Part shown: positions 25,380 to 37,781 of the stretch, one piece after another
Numbering within the stretch: the first letter of the stretch is position 1
Layout: the number at the start of each line of letters is the position of its first letter
Assembly: GCA_951406725.2 (NCBI GenBank)
Contig: OX597825.1
Location: 45,818,001 to 45,882,000, forward strand
DNA from: Octopus vulgaris
Taxonomy: Eukaryota
Length of the DNA stretch: 64,000 nucleotides
Reading direction: 5' to 3'
The notes under the pieces: generated by a model
Databases searched by the model: none
Seen by the model: only the letters and a program-made list of their open reading frames with translations
What the model was told of the DNA's origin: nothing
Program-made: the position numbers and the translations under genes

Positions 25380-26676
25380 TCTTTCATCTGCCTGTATAGG
25401 CCTCCCCCCATCCAGGCACGTCTCATGTGTGTCATTTAGATTCAACAGTTTCACCGTATGGTGTTGTGGAATTTGTCCTTCCAAATAATTATCTTTAGAG
25501 TCATATTCAATTAAAATTGTTTCTTCATTCTTTTGTGATTTTTTTCTGGGGTGGTGGAGCGGGATCTTTTTTGTTATCTGTGGTGTATGGTTGTCTGTTT
25601 TTCCTGTGGGGGATGTGGGTGGGGAAGGTGCGTGTAAACGTTTGTGCACTGTCGTGAATTCCCCTTCGGACACCTCCATGGTGTCGTCTGGGGATGTTGT
25701 GTTTGAAACACAAGGTGCCTCAGAAAACAGGTGGGCGGGCTTTTTATTAACGTGGGGGTTTGTGTATGCTGGGGTTGGGTCTTTTCTTTACTTTGTTTGG
25801 GGGTGGCACCACAACAGGGAGGGAGCATTTGTTTTTGTGGGGGCTAGTGTATGTTTTGAATAGTTGTGGGGACTGGTGTCTGTAACAACTTTTTCTCTTT
25901 TTTCTTGTTTTCCTCTTCTTTCTTCTTTTTTGTTTCACAATCGCTTCGAATGTGGCCTTTCCCCCATATTTGAAGCAAGTAACCTCTTTACCCTCCGCTT
26001 GAACTCTGAGGGTAACTTTCTCACCCACGTATACCCGGTCCGGAAGGTTTTCAATGTCTTCCGGTTTCCCTTGGATGATGGCTGAAATGGTCTGTCCTGT
26101 CCAGTATTGGTAGGCAGAGCATGAAATCTGGAGAAATTGTATTTTGTCTGTCCTGTTATACAACAGGGCAGCCATCACCTCCCGAGGGTCTATTTCCGGC
26201 GGCACATCCGTCACCCTCACACGAGAAGTACGTCTTCCCTTGTAAGAGGGTAGAAGTGCCACCTCCTTTGTCTTCAAGGGGCTAACCGAGTACTCCTGTG
26301 CCAACTTCTCCGTCTTGAAACGGACTTCAATGGTTGCATAAACTTCGACCCTTGCAATATGAGTAATATCGTTCCACACCGGGGCGAGGCATTTTTCAAA
26401 AATATTTTCTTTGAAATATTTAAAACGTCTTCCTTCCATACAGAAGGATCTGAAGACCACAGTTCTCTTCTCTATTTCTTCAGTATCAAACCCGGGCGTT
26501 ATTTTGATATCCTCGTCTTCCTCCTTCATCCTGGAAAAATAATCTTTCAAATCTACATTGTTCAACACAATGGTCTTTGTTTCCACGGCGGCAACGTCAG
26601 CAAATTTTTTTTTATTAACATAACTCTCATTGAGAGTGCTTTCAGAATTTTTTTCTTTTAAAATTTCCATCGACAT
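25380..26676 (-). pseudogene. Tx1 ORF1, frameshifted near the zinc knuckle
   Basis: Homologous to 36579-37479 (YATIEVR, LLPSYKGRRTSR, EGK..CFK). Confidence 0.75.
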
Positions 26677-27324
26677 GCTTGGTCAAAATTATAGATGCAC
26701 AAAAACAATCTTGTAAAGTGTTCACCAAATTAGTTTCAATCTTGCCCCACCCCCTTTACGGGGTGAGGCACAAGAAAAAACTTACGACGGCTTCAAGAAG
26801 GTTTCAATTGCACGAAAAAAAGTTTTTTGCCTTACCTTCCCGATAGAGAAGCAGAAAAAACCCAAAGTACACGTAATCCACGCAATAACAACGAATCTTG
26901 CCCCCCTTGGGGGGCGTGGCACAAAAAAGCTTACAACGGCTTGAAAAAAAGTTTCAATGCCCAATTGAAGTTAAAAAGGTCTTTACACCTTATCTTCCCG
27001 AAAGGGAAACATAAAAATCCAAAAATCATGTATATCCACAAGAACTGCACTCCAACGAACACAAACAGTTAATCCACAAGTTACGTCTTACTTGCTCCAA
27101 AATGGCGACTACAGTAAGCGGAAGCACTCTCCAAAATGGAGGTAAGCAAACTACTTACCACACAGCCACTCCTGCGTCTATACACAGAGCCACCTTTGCG
27201 CCTATATGTGTATATATATGCACACACATATACATACATGCATGCATGCATGCATACATACATACATACATACATACATACATACATACATACATACATA
27301 CATACATACATACATACATACATA

Positions 27325-27410
27325 CAAGTGTCTTCTACTATAGCCTCGGGTCGACCAAAGCCTTGTGAGTGGATTTGGTAGACGGAGACTGAAATATGCC
27401 CGTCGTATAT
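27325..27410 (+). mobile_element. SINE core fragment (family of 5594-6020)
   Basis: caagtgtcttctactatagcc..ccaaagccttgtgagtggatttggtagacgg. Confidence 0.7.
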
Positions 27411-28622
27411 ATGTATATGACACACACACATATGTGTATATATATATATATTGTTACGGAATCCCCCGTCGTCGCTCGCCCGAACGGCCCACAAGTTCCG
27501 CCACGGAACCCAAAGAGGAGGAGAGAGGAGAGATACAGATACACAACCCGAGATACAACCCAAAGAGGCAAGGCAACAACTGGCAACACTGGCTTATATT
27601 CAAACAACAGTTTATACGACAATTACAATTGTTACAACATCAAGATACATCAAAGCATGCACGTGACTACTCAATACATAATACAACAGCATTTCAAGAG
27701 TACAACTCAAAGCATAATACAACATCATGTAACAATTCAAGAGTACACGTCCCAAGACAACAGTTCTTTAAAGTCTCTTCCTAAACATCACAATCAACAA
27801 GTCCTTTACTCTTCTTCTTCACAATGTCCTTTATCGACCACATCGACAGAGTCCTTGACTGTTCTTTTCTACTAGACAATACACCGTGACACATATCAAT
27901 GCACAAACACATACCTCAATTCCTAATTGAGTCTGCCAGTGTCCCATTCCTCTCAATACTGCTAATTCCTCTGAATACTGCTAATTCCCTTCTGTGCCGC
28001 CAAGCTTTCTCGCATCCAACTTGCTCCTAAGAATTCCAAGGTCCGTCTGTCTTCTTCGACGACCGCTCACCGACTGCCCTTCTTGACGACCAGCTACCAA
28101 CTACCCAGATCCGTCCTTCCTGACGACCAACTGCGAACTGCCCAAAACCTCACCTCCTCGTCCTGACCTCCACTACCTCATCTCCCTCTGTCTATATCGC
28201 TCATACCCTTTCTAACTGCTCTCTTAGCCTTATACTCTATCTCTATTCTCAATCTGTCCCTTACTGCTTATAGCCTTTCTATCTGCTCTCTGATCTTACT
28301 GCCTATCTCTATCACCTGCTGCCTATTACCCTCTCTATCTGTCCCTTTTCTCTTACTGCCTATCTCTATCGCCTGCTGCCTATTACCCTCTCTTGACAGC
28401 TCTACCATACTCTCTGCCTGTCCCTCTCTGCCCCCTCATCCTCTCTCACGACATATTCAAGGGGTGTCCAGAGCGACCCCTAATTCACCCGCACAAGGTC
28501 ACAGGTCATTCCAAAACCCATTAGTCCTCCATTAAACAAAAGACTGTCACTTTTCTACTAGACATGCCGGAACCATAATTCCAATGTGGGTCACCGGGAA
28601 ATGCACCAGCTAAACCGTAACA

Positions 28623-30518
28623 CTACCCCCTACCTAAGCTTTGTCGACCCGACAAAAAGCATAACAAACCCGCACCTCCGAGGGCGAGCTCCAGCAGACG
28701 CTCCCTGGGTGGTTTCTCCTCCGGGGGTCTCACCTCCCACGGCCACCACCTCAGCACCAGCCACAGGTTGGCACCTTCCCTCTGCGGCTTGGGTAATACC
28801 TCCGCCAAGGCCGCCAGGCTTCCTACTAGCCGCCCACAATAGGCGCACTGTCCGAGGAAGTTCCTCAAATCCCTTCCACAGGCAGGGTCCGGCCAATCCT
28901 TCACAGTGGCCACCTTCCTCAGGGCTCTATATCCCACGTAGCACCTCGCTGTGCCATCCCCATTCCGTGCAACTATCGCCGACGACCAGGGGCCATTCCG
29001 CTTTTCCACTGTTCCCCGTCGCCGATATCTCCTCTTGCGCTGCCGTACTGGGACTTTCCTCCGGCCTCGCTGCTTCCTCAAGCAACGACCGCCTTGGTCG
29101 ACGAAACGTTCTGCCAGGTCCGTGCGACCAGCATCCAACAACCCTCGCGACCAACGTCCTGCACTTTTCACCAACGGTTGCTTCTTCCGCAACTGCATCA
29201 GCGGACCACGATCTCCCTTAACTTCATCACTGCACCGGCAGAACTGACCCCGCCGCTGGTTTACCGTCCGGCGCAGTTCCACGATTTGCCCTCTGCAAAT
29301 CGCCTGCGCAGCCTTCAATAACTCGGCCGACCCAACCAGCGCTCTGTCAACTTCTGCCTCCACCAGGGTCCAGCCGACCCTCAATTGAGCTCTTACTCCG
29401 CACTGCATGTCGGGCTCCACCAGCCCCACGCAACCATCGAACACAGAGCTCCCCCAAGTGCCAACAAAGCACCAGCGACTCCTTGCGGACTGCTTCCTCA
29501 ACTGCATCCGTGGGCCACCACCTCCTTCAACTGCGTTGCCGTATCGGCAGAACTGGCCCCACCACTGGTTCGCCATCTGGCACGATTCCTCGATTTGCCT
29601 TCTGCAAATCGCCTGTGCCACTTCCAAAAGATCGGCCAACCCAGCCAGCGCTCCACCAGCTTCTGCTTCCACTAGGGTCCACCCGACCCTCAATCGGGCT
29701 TTCACTAGGCACTGCCTGTCGGGCTCCACCGGCCCCAAGCAACCATCAACCACAAAGCTCACCCAACGCTGAAGCAGTCTTCCTGGACTCGGTGGACCCA
29801 CCACCGTTCGCAGCCGTCTCGCCTCGTCAACGGGCCTGGTCCTTTTCCTCACCAGCTTCCGTACCGCAGGCCTCACAACACGCACGCTCGGCCGCCAGTC
29901 CATCCACGCCTGTGGCCTCTCCACAGTGGGAACCATACAGTCCTTCTGGGCCCCAAGAGACAGGGGTCCAGACACCAAAGGACCCGCACACGGCATAGCA
30001 CCTGCCGCGACCATCACACACAGAGCCGGAACCTCGGATTCAGCGACATTCGCCCCAGACCTCGCCAGCTCTTCGTCCCGAGCTCCGACAGATAGGGGTC
30101 GAGATGCCAAGGGCCCCAGACACGGAACAACAGCATCAGCCATAACACCTTCAACAAGCCTTTCAGTTTCCTTAACATCTACGGATTCCAAATCACAAGA
30201 TTTCTTGGGTACAGCGTCACAAATTTCGGCAACCAACCCAGGTTCCGCAACACTTCCTTCACTATCTGTTTCACTCGATGCTTCGTTCGACGGGCAATCT
30301 CTGCCCACAGGACCGTCGCTATCCCCGGTCCAACACCGATCCTCCAAAGCTGACCCATCCGCAACCTCAAGCTCCTGCTGATCTGCCCACAGGCCCCGTC
30401 GCCTCTTGTCCATTCTTTCCATGAACGCGTCCGTCTGCGCCATCTGGCCCCTCAACATCTCCACAATCAGAGCAAGCGAAATCTCCTCGTCTCCGGTCTG
30501 ACAACCAGACAAATCCAT
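28623..30518 (-). CDS. Single ORF (631 aa from ATG 30518): pol-derived protein with a duplicated ~103-aa unit and no RT catalytic core
   Basis: DAGRTDL..KQR.RR.P, GPWSSAIV..DGTARCYVGYRAL and VKDWP...LRNFLGQCAY resemble Gypsy RT segments; no YxDD; stop codon abuts the 3' LTR. Confidence 0.65.
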   Translation of the reverse strand: MDLSGCQTGDEEISLALIVEMLRGQMAQTDAFMERMDKRRRGLWADQQELEVADGSALEDRCWTGDSDGPVGRDCPSNEASSETDSEGSVAEPGLVAEICDAVPKKSCDLESVDVKETERLVEGVMADAVVPCLGPLASRPLSVGARDEELARSGANVAESEVPALCVMVAAGAMPCAGPLVSGPLSLGAQKDCMVPTVERPQAWMDWRPSVRVVRPAVRKLVRKRTRPVDEARRLRTVVGPPSPGRLLQRWVSFVVDGCLGPVEPDRQCLVKARLRVGWTLVEAEAGGALAGLADLLEVAQAICRRQIEESCQMANQWWGQFCRYGNAVEGGGGPRMQLRKQSARSRWCFVGTWGSSVFDGCVGLVEPDMQCGVRAQLRVGWTLVEAEVDRALVGSAELLKAAQAICRGQIVELRRTVNQRRGQFCRCSDEVKGDRGPLMQLRKKQPLVKSAGRWSRGLLDAGRTDLAERFVDQGGRCLRKQRGRRKVPVRQRKRRYRRRGTVEKRNGPWSSAIVARNGDGTARCYVGYRALRKVATVKDWPDPACGRDLRNFLGQCAYCGRLVGSLAALAEVLPKPQREGANLWLVLRWWPWEVRPPEEKPPRERLLELALGGAGLLCFLSGRQSLGRG

Positions 30519-30556
30519 AGCGAAAAAGAACCGATCGAAACGCAGCAATCAGGACA

Positions 30557-30574
30557 ATCCCACTTCTGACACCA
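30557..30574 (-). other. Primer binding site, tRNA-Leu-type (18 nt)
   Basis: TGGTGTCAGAAGTGGGAT 2 nt after the 5' LTR. Confidence 0.85.
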
Positions 30575-31769
30575 GTTGTTACGGAATCCCCCGTCGTCGC
30601 TCGCCCGAACGGCCCACAAGTTCCGCCACGGAACCCAAAGAGGAGGAGAGAGGAGAGATACAGATACACAACCCGAGATACAACCCAAAGAGGCAAGGCA
30701 ACAACTGGCAACACTGGCTTATATTCAAACAACAGTTTATACGACAATTACAATTGTTACAACATCAAGATACATCAAAGCATGCACGTGACTACTCAAT
30801 ACATAATACAACAGCATTTCAAGAGTACAACTCAAAGCATAATACAACATCATGTAACAATTCAAGAGTACACGTCCCAAGACAACAGTTCTTTAAAGTC
30901 TCTTCCTAAACATCACAATCAACAAGTCCTTTACTCTTCTTCTTCACAATGTCCTTTATCGACCACATCGGCAGAGTCCTTGACTGTTCTTTTCTACTAG
31001 ACAATACACCGTGACACATATCAATGCACAAACACATACCTCAATTCCTAATTGAGTCTGCCAGTGTCCCATTCCTCTCAATACTGCTAATTCCTCTGAA
31101 TACTGCTAATTCCCTTCTGTGCCGCCAAGCTTTCTCGCATCCAACTTGCTCCTAAGAATTCCAAGGTCCGTCTGTCTTCTTCGACGACCGCTCACCGACT
31201 GCCCTTCTTGACGACCAGCTACCAACTACCCAGATCCGTCCTTCCTGACGACCAACTGCGAACTGCCCAAAACCTCACCTCCTCGTCCTGACCTCCACTA
31301 CCTCATCTCCCTCTGTCTATATCGCTCATACCCTTTCTAACTGCTCTCTTAGCCTTATACTCTATCTCTATTCTCAATCTGTCCCTTACTGCTTATAGCC
31401 TTTCTATCTGCTCTCTGATCTTACTGCCTATCTCTATCACCTGCTGCCTATTACCCTCTCTATCTGTCCCTTTTCTCTTACTGCCTATCTCTATCGCCTG
31501 CTGCCTATTACCCTCTCTTGACAGCTCTACCATACTCTCTGCCTGTCCCTCTCTGCCCCCTCATCCTCTCTCACGACATATTCAAGGGGTGTCCAGAGCG
31601 ACCCCTAATTCACCCGCACAAGGTCACAGGTCATTCCAAAACCCATTAGTCCTCCATTAAACAAAAGACTGTCACTTTTCTACTAGACATGCCGGAACCA
31701 TAATTCCAATGTGGGTCACCGGGAAATGCACCAGCTAAACCGTAACAATATATATATATATATATATTA

Positions 31770-32697
31770 GAAGAAATGAGGTACTCAGAAGATCGGATGG
31801 TTTATATTTACAGATATTTATTTGTATATTACATTTTTTATATATATATCATATCACTTAGATCATTAGCGCTTTCTCCCATTCTAGTGGGGTTTTCAAA
31901 TCAAACTAAGTTCCTGTGTGAGGAGATTCGACCATTTTATAGAGTTTTGTAGTGGTAGGGAGGAATATAGGACAGTACAAGAGGGTGATGGATGAGGAGG
32001 AAGTGAGAGAGAGAACATGTGTGTATGTGTGTGTGCGTGTGTGTGTGTGTTTGTATCTGGGATGAGTGCTAAAGAGAAAGAGGGGAAGAAGAAGAAAATA
32101 ATTTTTTTTGGTCTGCTGGACAGAATATTGACTCCAAGGAAAAAAAGAAAGAATTTCAGTTTTTACCACTTCACAGTGTCACTGAGTGTGTGGTGGCGGG
32201 GAGGCAGGCCATAAATTATATTTCCTTCTATCATTGTGAGAGAGTGTGTGTGTTTAATGGTCAAATGCTTTTTTGGGTTTAAGAATTCTTTCCACTTTTT
32301 ATGATAGTTTTGTGGAGGTGTGTGTGTGTGTGTGTGCGTGTGTGGGTGTCTGTGAGTTTGGAGAAGGGAAGAGAGAAAAAAAGGGGAAGGGGGAAAAATT
32401 ATGTTGATATTTATACCACTATATATATATACATGCTTATACATGAAATATTAGAAAAAAAAACACTTTTTATCGATTCAAAATGAACAATTAAATTACA
32501 CCATCTTGAAAATTGCATATCATAGGAAAGTTAAAATTAAAATGACAATTAAAAAGTAAAGATTAAGTATATTACAAAAATAATATAATGTATATAACAG
32601 GCAATATATATATATATACACACATATATACATATACATACATATACGAAATGTTCTACTATATTAAATTGTAAATCGAAAGATGTGTCCTTCAATG

Positions 32698-32741
<44 letters not shown>

Positions 32742-33750
32742 TGCTTATACATGAAATATTAGAAAAAAACACCTTTTATCGATTCAGTGGAGAAACTGAG
32801 TAATTACACCATCTTGAAAATTGCATATCATAGGCAAGTTAAAATTAAAATGACAATTAAAAAGTAAAGATTAAGTAAATTACAAAAATAATATAATGTA
32901 TATAACAGGAAATATATATACACACACACATATATATATACACACATATACTAAATGTTCTACTATATTATATTGTAAATCGAAAGATGTGTCCTTCAAT
33001 GTATGATGAGTAAAATTTCAGCCATTTAATTTGGGGGAGAACTTAGCTATGAAATATTTTTCCATATTCCTCCTGAAAGAGGTGTCGTTCTTCGGACATT
33101 TGTGGAAGGGAAAGATCTTAAATTTTCCTTCTCCACACGTAGCTAGGTGTGTACTTAGTGGTATCTTGCGTAGTTCTTCCTGCCGAACATGTTCGGTGAA
33201 TCCTGGCTCGCTGGCACAAAGAATTACCAGTTTCCCCTATGTAATCCTCCTTGCACGTGGGGTAGGTTATGCAGTATATAACGTTCTGCGTCTTGCAGTT
33301 CATATCTGCATTTACTTTGAATACGTAACCACTTTTAAATCTCATCTCTCTGTTTCCCTCTATGTATTTGTAGGTGGGATTGCTGCAGATCCTACATCTA
33401 CCATCTCCGCACTCTTTTGCAAAGAATTCCGTTTTAGTTTCTGAAGAGAATTTCGCTCTTGTTAGGTGTTTCTTTAGGTTTTTGTCCTGTCGTCTACTGT
33501 TTTTTAATGCTATATTTGTTTAATATGTTTTTCATTTTGGGGCTTTGTAAGGCTATTGGTAGGTTTGAATGTATGGTTTGGAACATGTTGGTAACTCCAG
33601 GGTTGTGCGTGTTTATAAAAGGGATAATGTTTTCTTTGTTTTTTGTTTTGGGTGTCTTGAGTTGTGCGATGTCTAGTTTCAATGCTCTTGTGATTCCATT
33701 TTCTATTAGTTTAAGGGGGTATTTTTGCTCTAGGAGGAAGTTTTTAAGTT

Positions 33751-33755
<5 letters not shown>
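31770..33755 (-). mobile_element. 5'-truncated Penelope-like element (RT C-terminus, GIY-YIG, 3' repeat region)
   Basis: FLLEQKYP..IPFINTHNP (33494-33755); MNCKTQNVIYCITYPTCKEDYIGETG (33118-33345); direct repeat 32431-32698 / 32739-33002. Confidence 0.8.
31861..31906 (-). ncRNA. Degenerate minimal hammerhead motif, U3-A8 core variant
   Basis: gat TTGAAAA cccca-ctagaa-tggga GAAA gcgc TA atg; palindromic AGCGCT helix III; weak helix I. Confidence 0.45.
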
Positions 33756-33814
<59 letters not shown>

Positions 33815-33816
33815 GA

Positions 33817-33902
<86 letters not shown>

Positions 33903-34757
33903 TCCCCCCATCATCGCTTGACAACCGAAATACAAACAACTGTGAGAGACTTGAAGATACATCAGGGAAAGACTTGTGAGAAGAGAACAGAGCAGTGTGA
34001 TTCATCAGATCGTAAAACACGTGGTAAATCATCTCCGGACTCAAACCACAGCGGATCGATAAATGCTACAGCAGAGACCTCTTCACGTGATGAAACTACA
34101 AGTCATGAAACTGGTGCATCGGATAATACTCAAAGGAAACCGTGGGTTTTGTGGCCTGCTTGCTAATGAGAAAGTGAAATATAAAGAGTTTGAAAACAAG
34201 GTTTGTCGGGCTCTTTATAAAATGACAGGCTCTACAGTGGAGAAACTGGGTAAATTATCAAGCTCAATATACGATATAGGAAAAGATTTATTTGGAATAA
34301 AAGAGAATATCCGACTAGAGAAAGGAAAGTGTGGACCAAGCAGGAGGATCAGAAAAATGCAGCAGTTGAGGAAGGAAAAGTCCAACTTAAGAAAGCGATG
34401 GAGATGTGCTGCACTAGATGAGAAACCTGACCTTGCGCTGCTGTATAACGATTTGAAGAGGAAATGTCGTTATGTGCAACGACATATCCGCCGATATGAG
34501 CGTCGAAAGGAGAGTAAAAGGACTCGGGGGCAGTTTCTGAAGGACCCGTACGGGTTTACTAAGGAGCTGTTCACTGAACCGAAGAGTGGTACTTTATCGT
34601 GCACTAAAGAAGAATTGGATGCTCATATCAAGGAAACCTACAGCGATCCGCACCGTAACCAGCCGCTGCCACCTCTACATGGGCTAAATCATCTCTCATC
34701 TGTTTTTCGATTTGGAAAGCAATCCAGGACGCCAAACAGAACAAGAAAAGTCTGAAC

Positions 34758-36578
34758 GTGGTATGGCTCGACCTAGCTAACGCGTATGGTTCAGTGCCAC
34801 ACGAATTACTAATAACAGCCATGGACCACTTCCACATTCCTGACAAAGTGATCAAAATAATGAGGATGTACTATGACAGTTTCGAAATGAGGTTTACAAC
34901 TGGAAATTTTACAACAGATTGGCACCGATTGGAGGTTGGCATTGCTGCTGGCTGTACAATATCTGTCACGTGGTTTATCTTAGTCATGGAGTTGATTTTG
35001 AAAGGTGTAGATTTTTCGGAACAAATCGCCCATGTACAATCGCCTAAGAAAGCCTTCATGGATGACGTGACACTTCTAGCTACAGATAAACAAATCATGC
35101 AGAATGCCCTCTTGAGATTAGACGAACTTGTAAGATGGTCAAGGATGCGATTTAGAGCAAAAAAGTCGCGTAGTCTGATATTTGTTAAGGGAGTGCAGAA
35201 AGAATTTAAGTTTCGAATATCTGAAGAAAGCATTCCAACAGTCAAGGAAGAGCCCGTCAAGAGCTTGGGACGAGTATACGCTGGAACATTGTCAGACAGA
35301 AGTCGTGGGATTGAAATTATGAAACAGGCCGAGGCTGGGTTATCAGCGATTGATAATTCGAAGTTACCAGGTAACTATAAAATTTGGTGCTTGCAGTTCG
35401 GCTTGTACCCGCGACTTGCGTGGCCACTTTTAATATACGAAGTAGCATTGTCACGACTTGAAATCATTGAACAAAAATGTAATGTGTTCATTAGAAAGTG
35501 GCTAGGCCTACCTCGTATGTTGAACAGTTCAGCTCTTTATCGTAAACGAGGCTCTTTGCAGCTACCAATAGCATCAATAGTCGAGATATATAAGCTGGGG
35601 AAGATACGGACGGTCATGATGCTGAAAGAATCGAAGGATATGGAAATCAGGTGTAACCCACCAGAGGTGAAAACAGCCAGGAAGTGGAAAGCAGAAGCAG
35701 AAGCTGACGAGATCTTGTCTTCTCTTATACACAGAGATATGGTGGGAGCAACGCAGAACCATCGGAAAGGACTTGGTTTTGGCGCAGATCAGTTCAGACC
35801 GTTTGCAAGCATGATGCGGAGTGAACGCAGATCTGTTGTTAGCAACAGCGTCAAAACAAGAGAAGCAGAGAGAAGAGAGCTTCATTTGATCCGATGTTGT
35901 CATCAAGGTCAAATGACGAGATGGGAAGAACACGTTGTTGAGTGGAAGATAAGTTGGGATGAGATGTGGAAGTGGACGACATCTCGGCTGAGTTTCCTGA
36001 TTCGTTCATCTTATGATGTTTTGCCATCACCTACGAATCTAGTAAGATGGAACGTCTCAGAGAATGACATCTGCAAATGTGGAAAGGTCGGTGCACTAAA
36101 ACATATTCTTTCCAACTGTTCATTAGCATTGAACAGGTATACATGGAGGCACAACTTGGTCCTTAAGGTTATCTTCAATGCTATAAAGAACCAAATTCAT
36201 CTCAACAACACTGAGAAAAAACCGTTGAAAGTACCATCTAGAGATTTCATTACCTTCGTGCGATCAGGTCAGCAGATCCGTTTCAAGAAGAAGATCAAGA
36301 AACTTCCTGAGAGAAACGAAAAGTGGAACGGCTATTGGGAGGTAACTGCAGATTTACCTGGGTGCCAGGTTTTCTTTCCCATCCCAGTTACGAAAAAACC
36401 AAATATTTTGATGTGATGTGTAAGAAAGTAAGTTGTAAATATAGTCGAGCTAACGGTTCCTCATGAAGATAATATGGACGCCGCCCGGGCTCGAAAATTG
36501 AACCGTTATGTAAACCTCCTCGAGGAATGTGAAGACGCAGGCTGGAAAGCGGAACATTTTCCTATCGAAGTTGGATGT
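34758..36578 (+). pseudogene. HERO-like RT, CCHC and restriction-like endonuclease (5' part)
   Basis: 552-aa ORF plus downstream ELTVP/EVGC motifs; the RT N-terminus is deleted near 34700. Confidence 0.85.
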
Positions 36579-37771
36579 GGACGCATGGAAAATTGATACA
36601 AACAATTTGAAGACACACCGAGAGCTGTTAACAAAAGAAGGGACCGAAATAAAGGTGGTCCCTCTTCATAGCATCATTAAAGATGCACTCGAAAGGACTG
36701 TAATTTTCAAAACATATAATGTTGAAAAGAAAAAAATTAACTATGTCAATGACAAAAGTGTAGAAAAATGCTTAAGGCCAATTTGGAATAACATCAAATA
36801 TTTGGCCAGAGGAAAAAGATATGCAACTGTTGAAGTGAGGATGTCAACAGTGGAACAGGCGCAAAAGTATTCTGTGGAGCCGCTGCGAACAGATGAGGTG
36901 GTACTGTTGCCATTTTATATGGGGAGGAGAACCTCCCGAATAAAGATAAGCTGTGTACCACCGGAGGCGGACGCCAAATGGCTAGTAGCGGCAGTACTGT
37001 ATGACCTAGAAGAAGAAACCACACTGCTTTCTGCGGAAGTAACAGAAGACACAGTCTGGCTTGGCCAGACAATAAAAATGCTGATCCAAGCAGAGCCTAT
37101 GACCCTAGAAAAAATTCCAGAGGTCATAGATACAATGGGTACGAAGTTAGTAGTCATGGTGGAAGGTAGAAAACCCAGATGTTTTAAATGTGGAAAGAAG
37201 GGCCATGTTAGGTCCGAATGCAAGAGTGGTGAAGAAAAAGAAAAAGAGGAGAACAACATTGAAGAAGACTCGGAAGATGAAACTACAGAGAATGGAAAAA
37301 CAGAAGAAGAAAGCACAGAAGAAGAAAATGAGAGCGGAAATAAAGAAGAGACGGAATGGAAGAGAGCTGGTAGCAAAAGGAAATTAAAGAGAAATGTTAA
37401 ATCATTGGCAAAAATGCAAACTCAAAGAAGGCATGAAAAAGCCAAAAGAATCAAAAACAAAAGAAATACGAGAAAATGAAGTTCTGTATATGGCGGTTCG
37501 AACCTCAAACTCGAGATTAATGAGCCAAATACAAATTAAAAAACTAAAAAGAACTGGATGCAAAAACGTTAAAGACGGTTTCGAAGTCTACCACGTAGAC
37601 AGAACATCTTACAACGTTCTAGCAAATGACTATCGGAGTGATGTTGGCCCGATGAGGTGGGATATTTCAGATCATTTGTACGAAGGCTTAATTAAAACGA
37701 CTCCACGAGCCCGAGAAAAAGAAAAAGAGGCGGACCCACCTCCGCCTTTTAGCGAAGACACAAGAAATTGA
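36579..37771 (+). pseudogene. Tx1 ORF1 with CCHC zinc knuckle, 5' clipped and frameshifted
   Basis: CFKCGKKGHVRSEC followed by an acidic tract. Confidence 0.8.
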
Positions 37772-37781
37772 GGTAAGACTT

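Larger units (their letters stand above)
22566..27130 (-). mobile_element. Tx1/L1-clade LINE (copy 1), 3' truncated and degenerate
   Basis: ORF1 plus APE-RT ORF2; homologous to copy 2 at 36579-41401. Confidence 0.88.
27452..31747 (-). mobile_element. Young non-autonomous LTR retrotransposon with 1171-bp LTRs and a 1954-bp interior
   Basis: LTRs 27452-28622 and 30577-31747 (1 substitution seen), TG..CA, ATAT TSD in (TA)n, PBS, PPT. Confidence 0.95.

Noticed and set aside
28586-30381. Plus-strand ORFs inside the non-autonomous LTR element
   Set aside because: Antisense shadows of a GC-rich ORF with no recognisable motifs
36529-36578. N-terminus of the 316-aa ORF
   Set aside because: Chance read-in from HERO sequence upstream of the Tx1 junction
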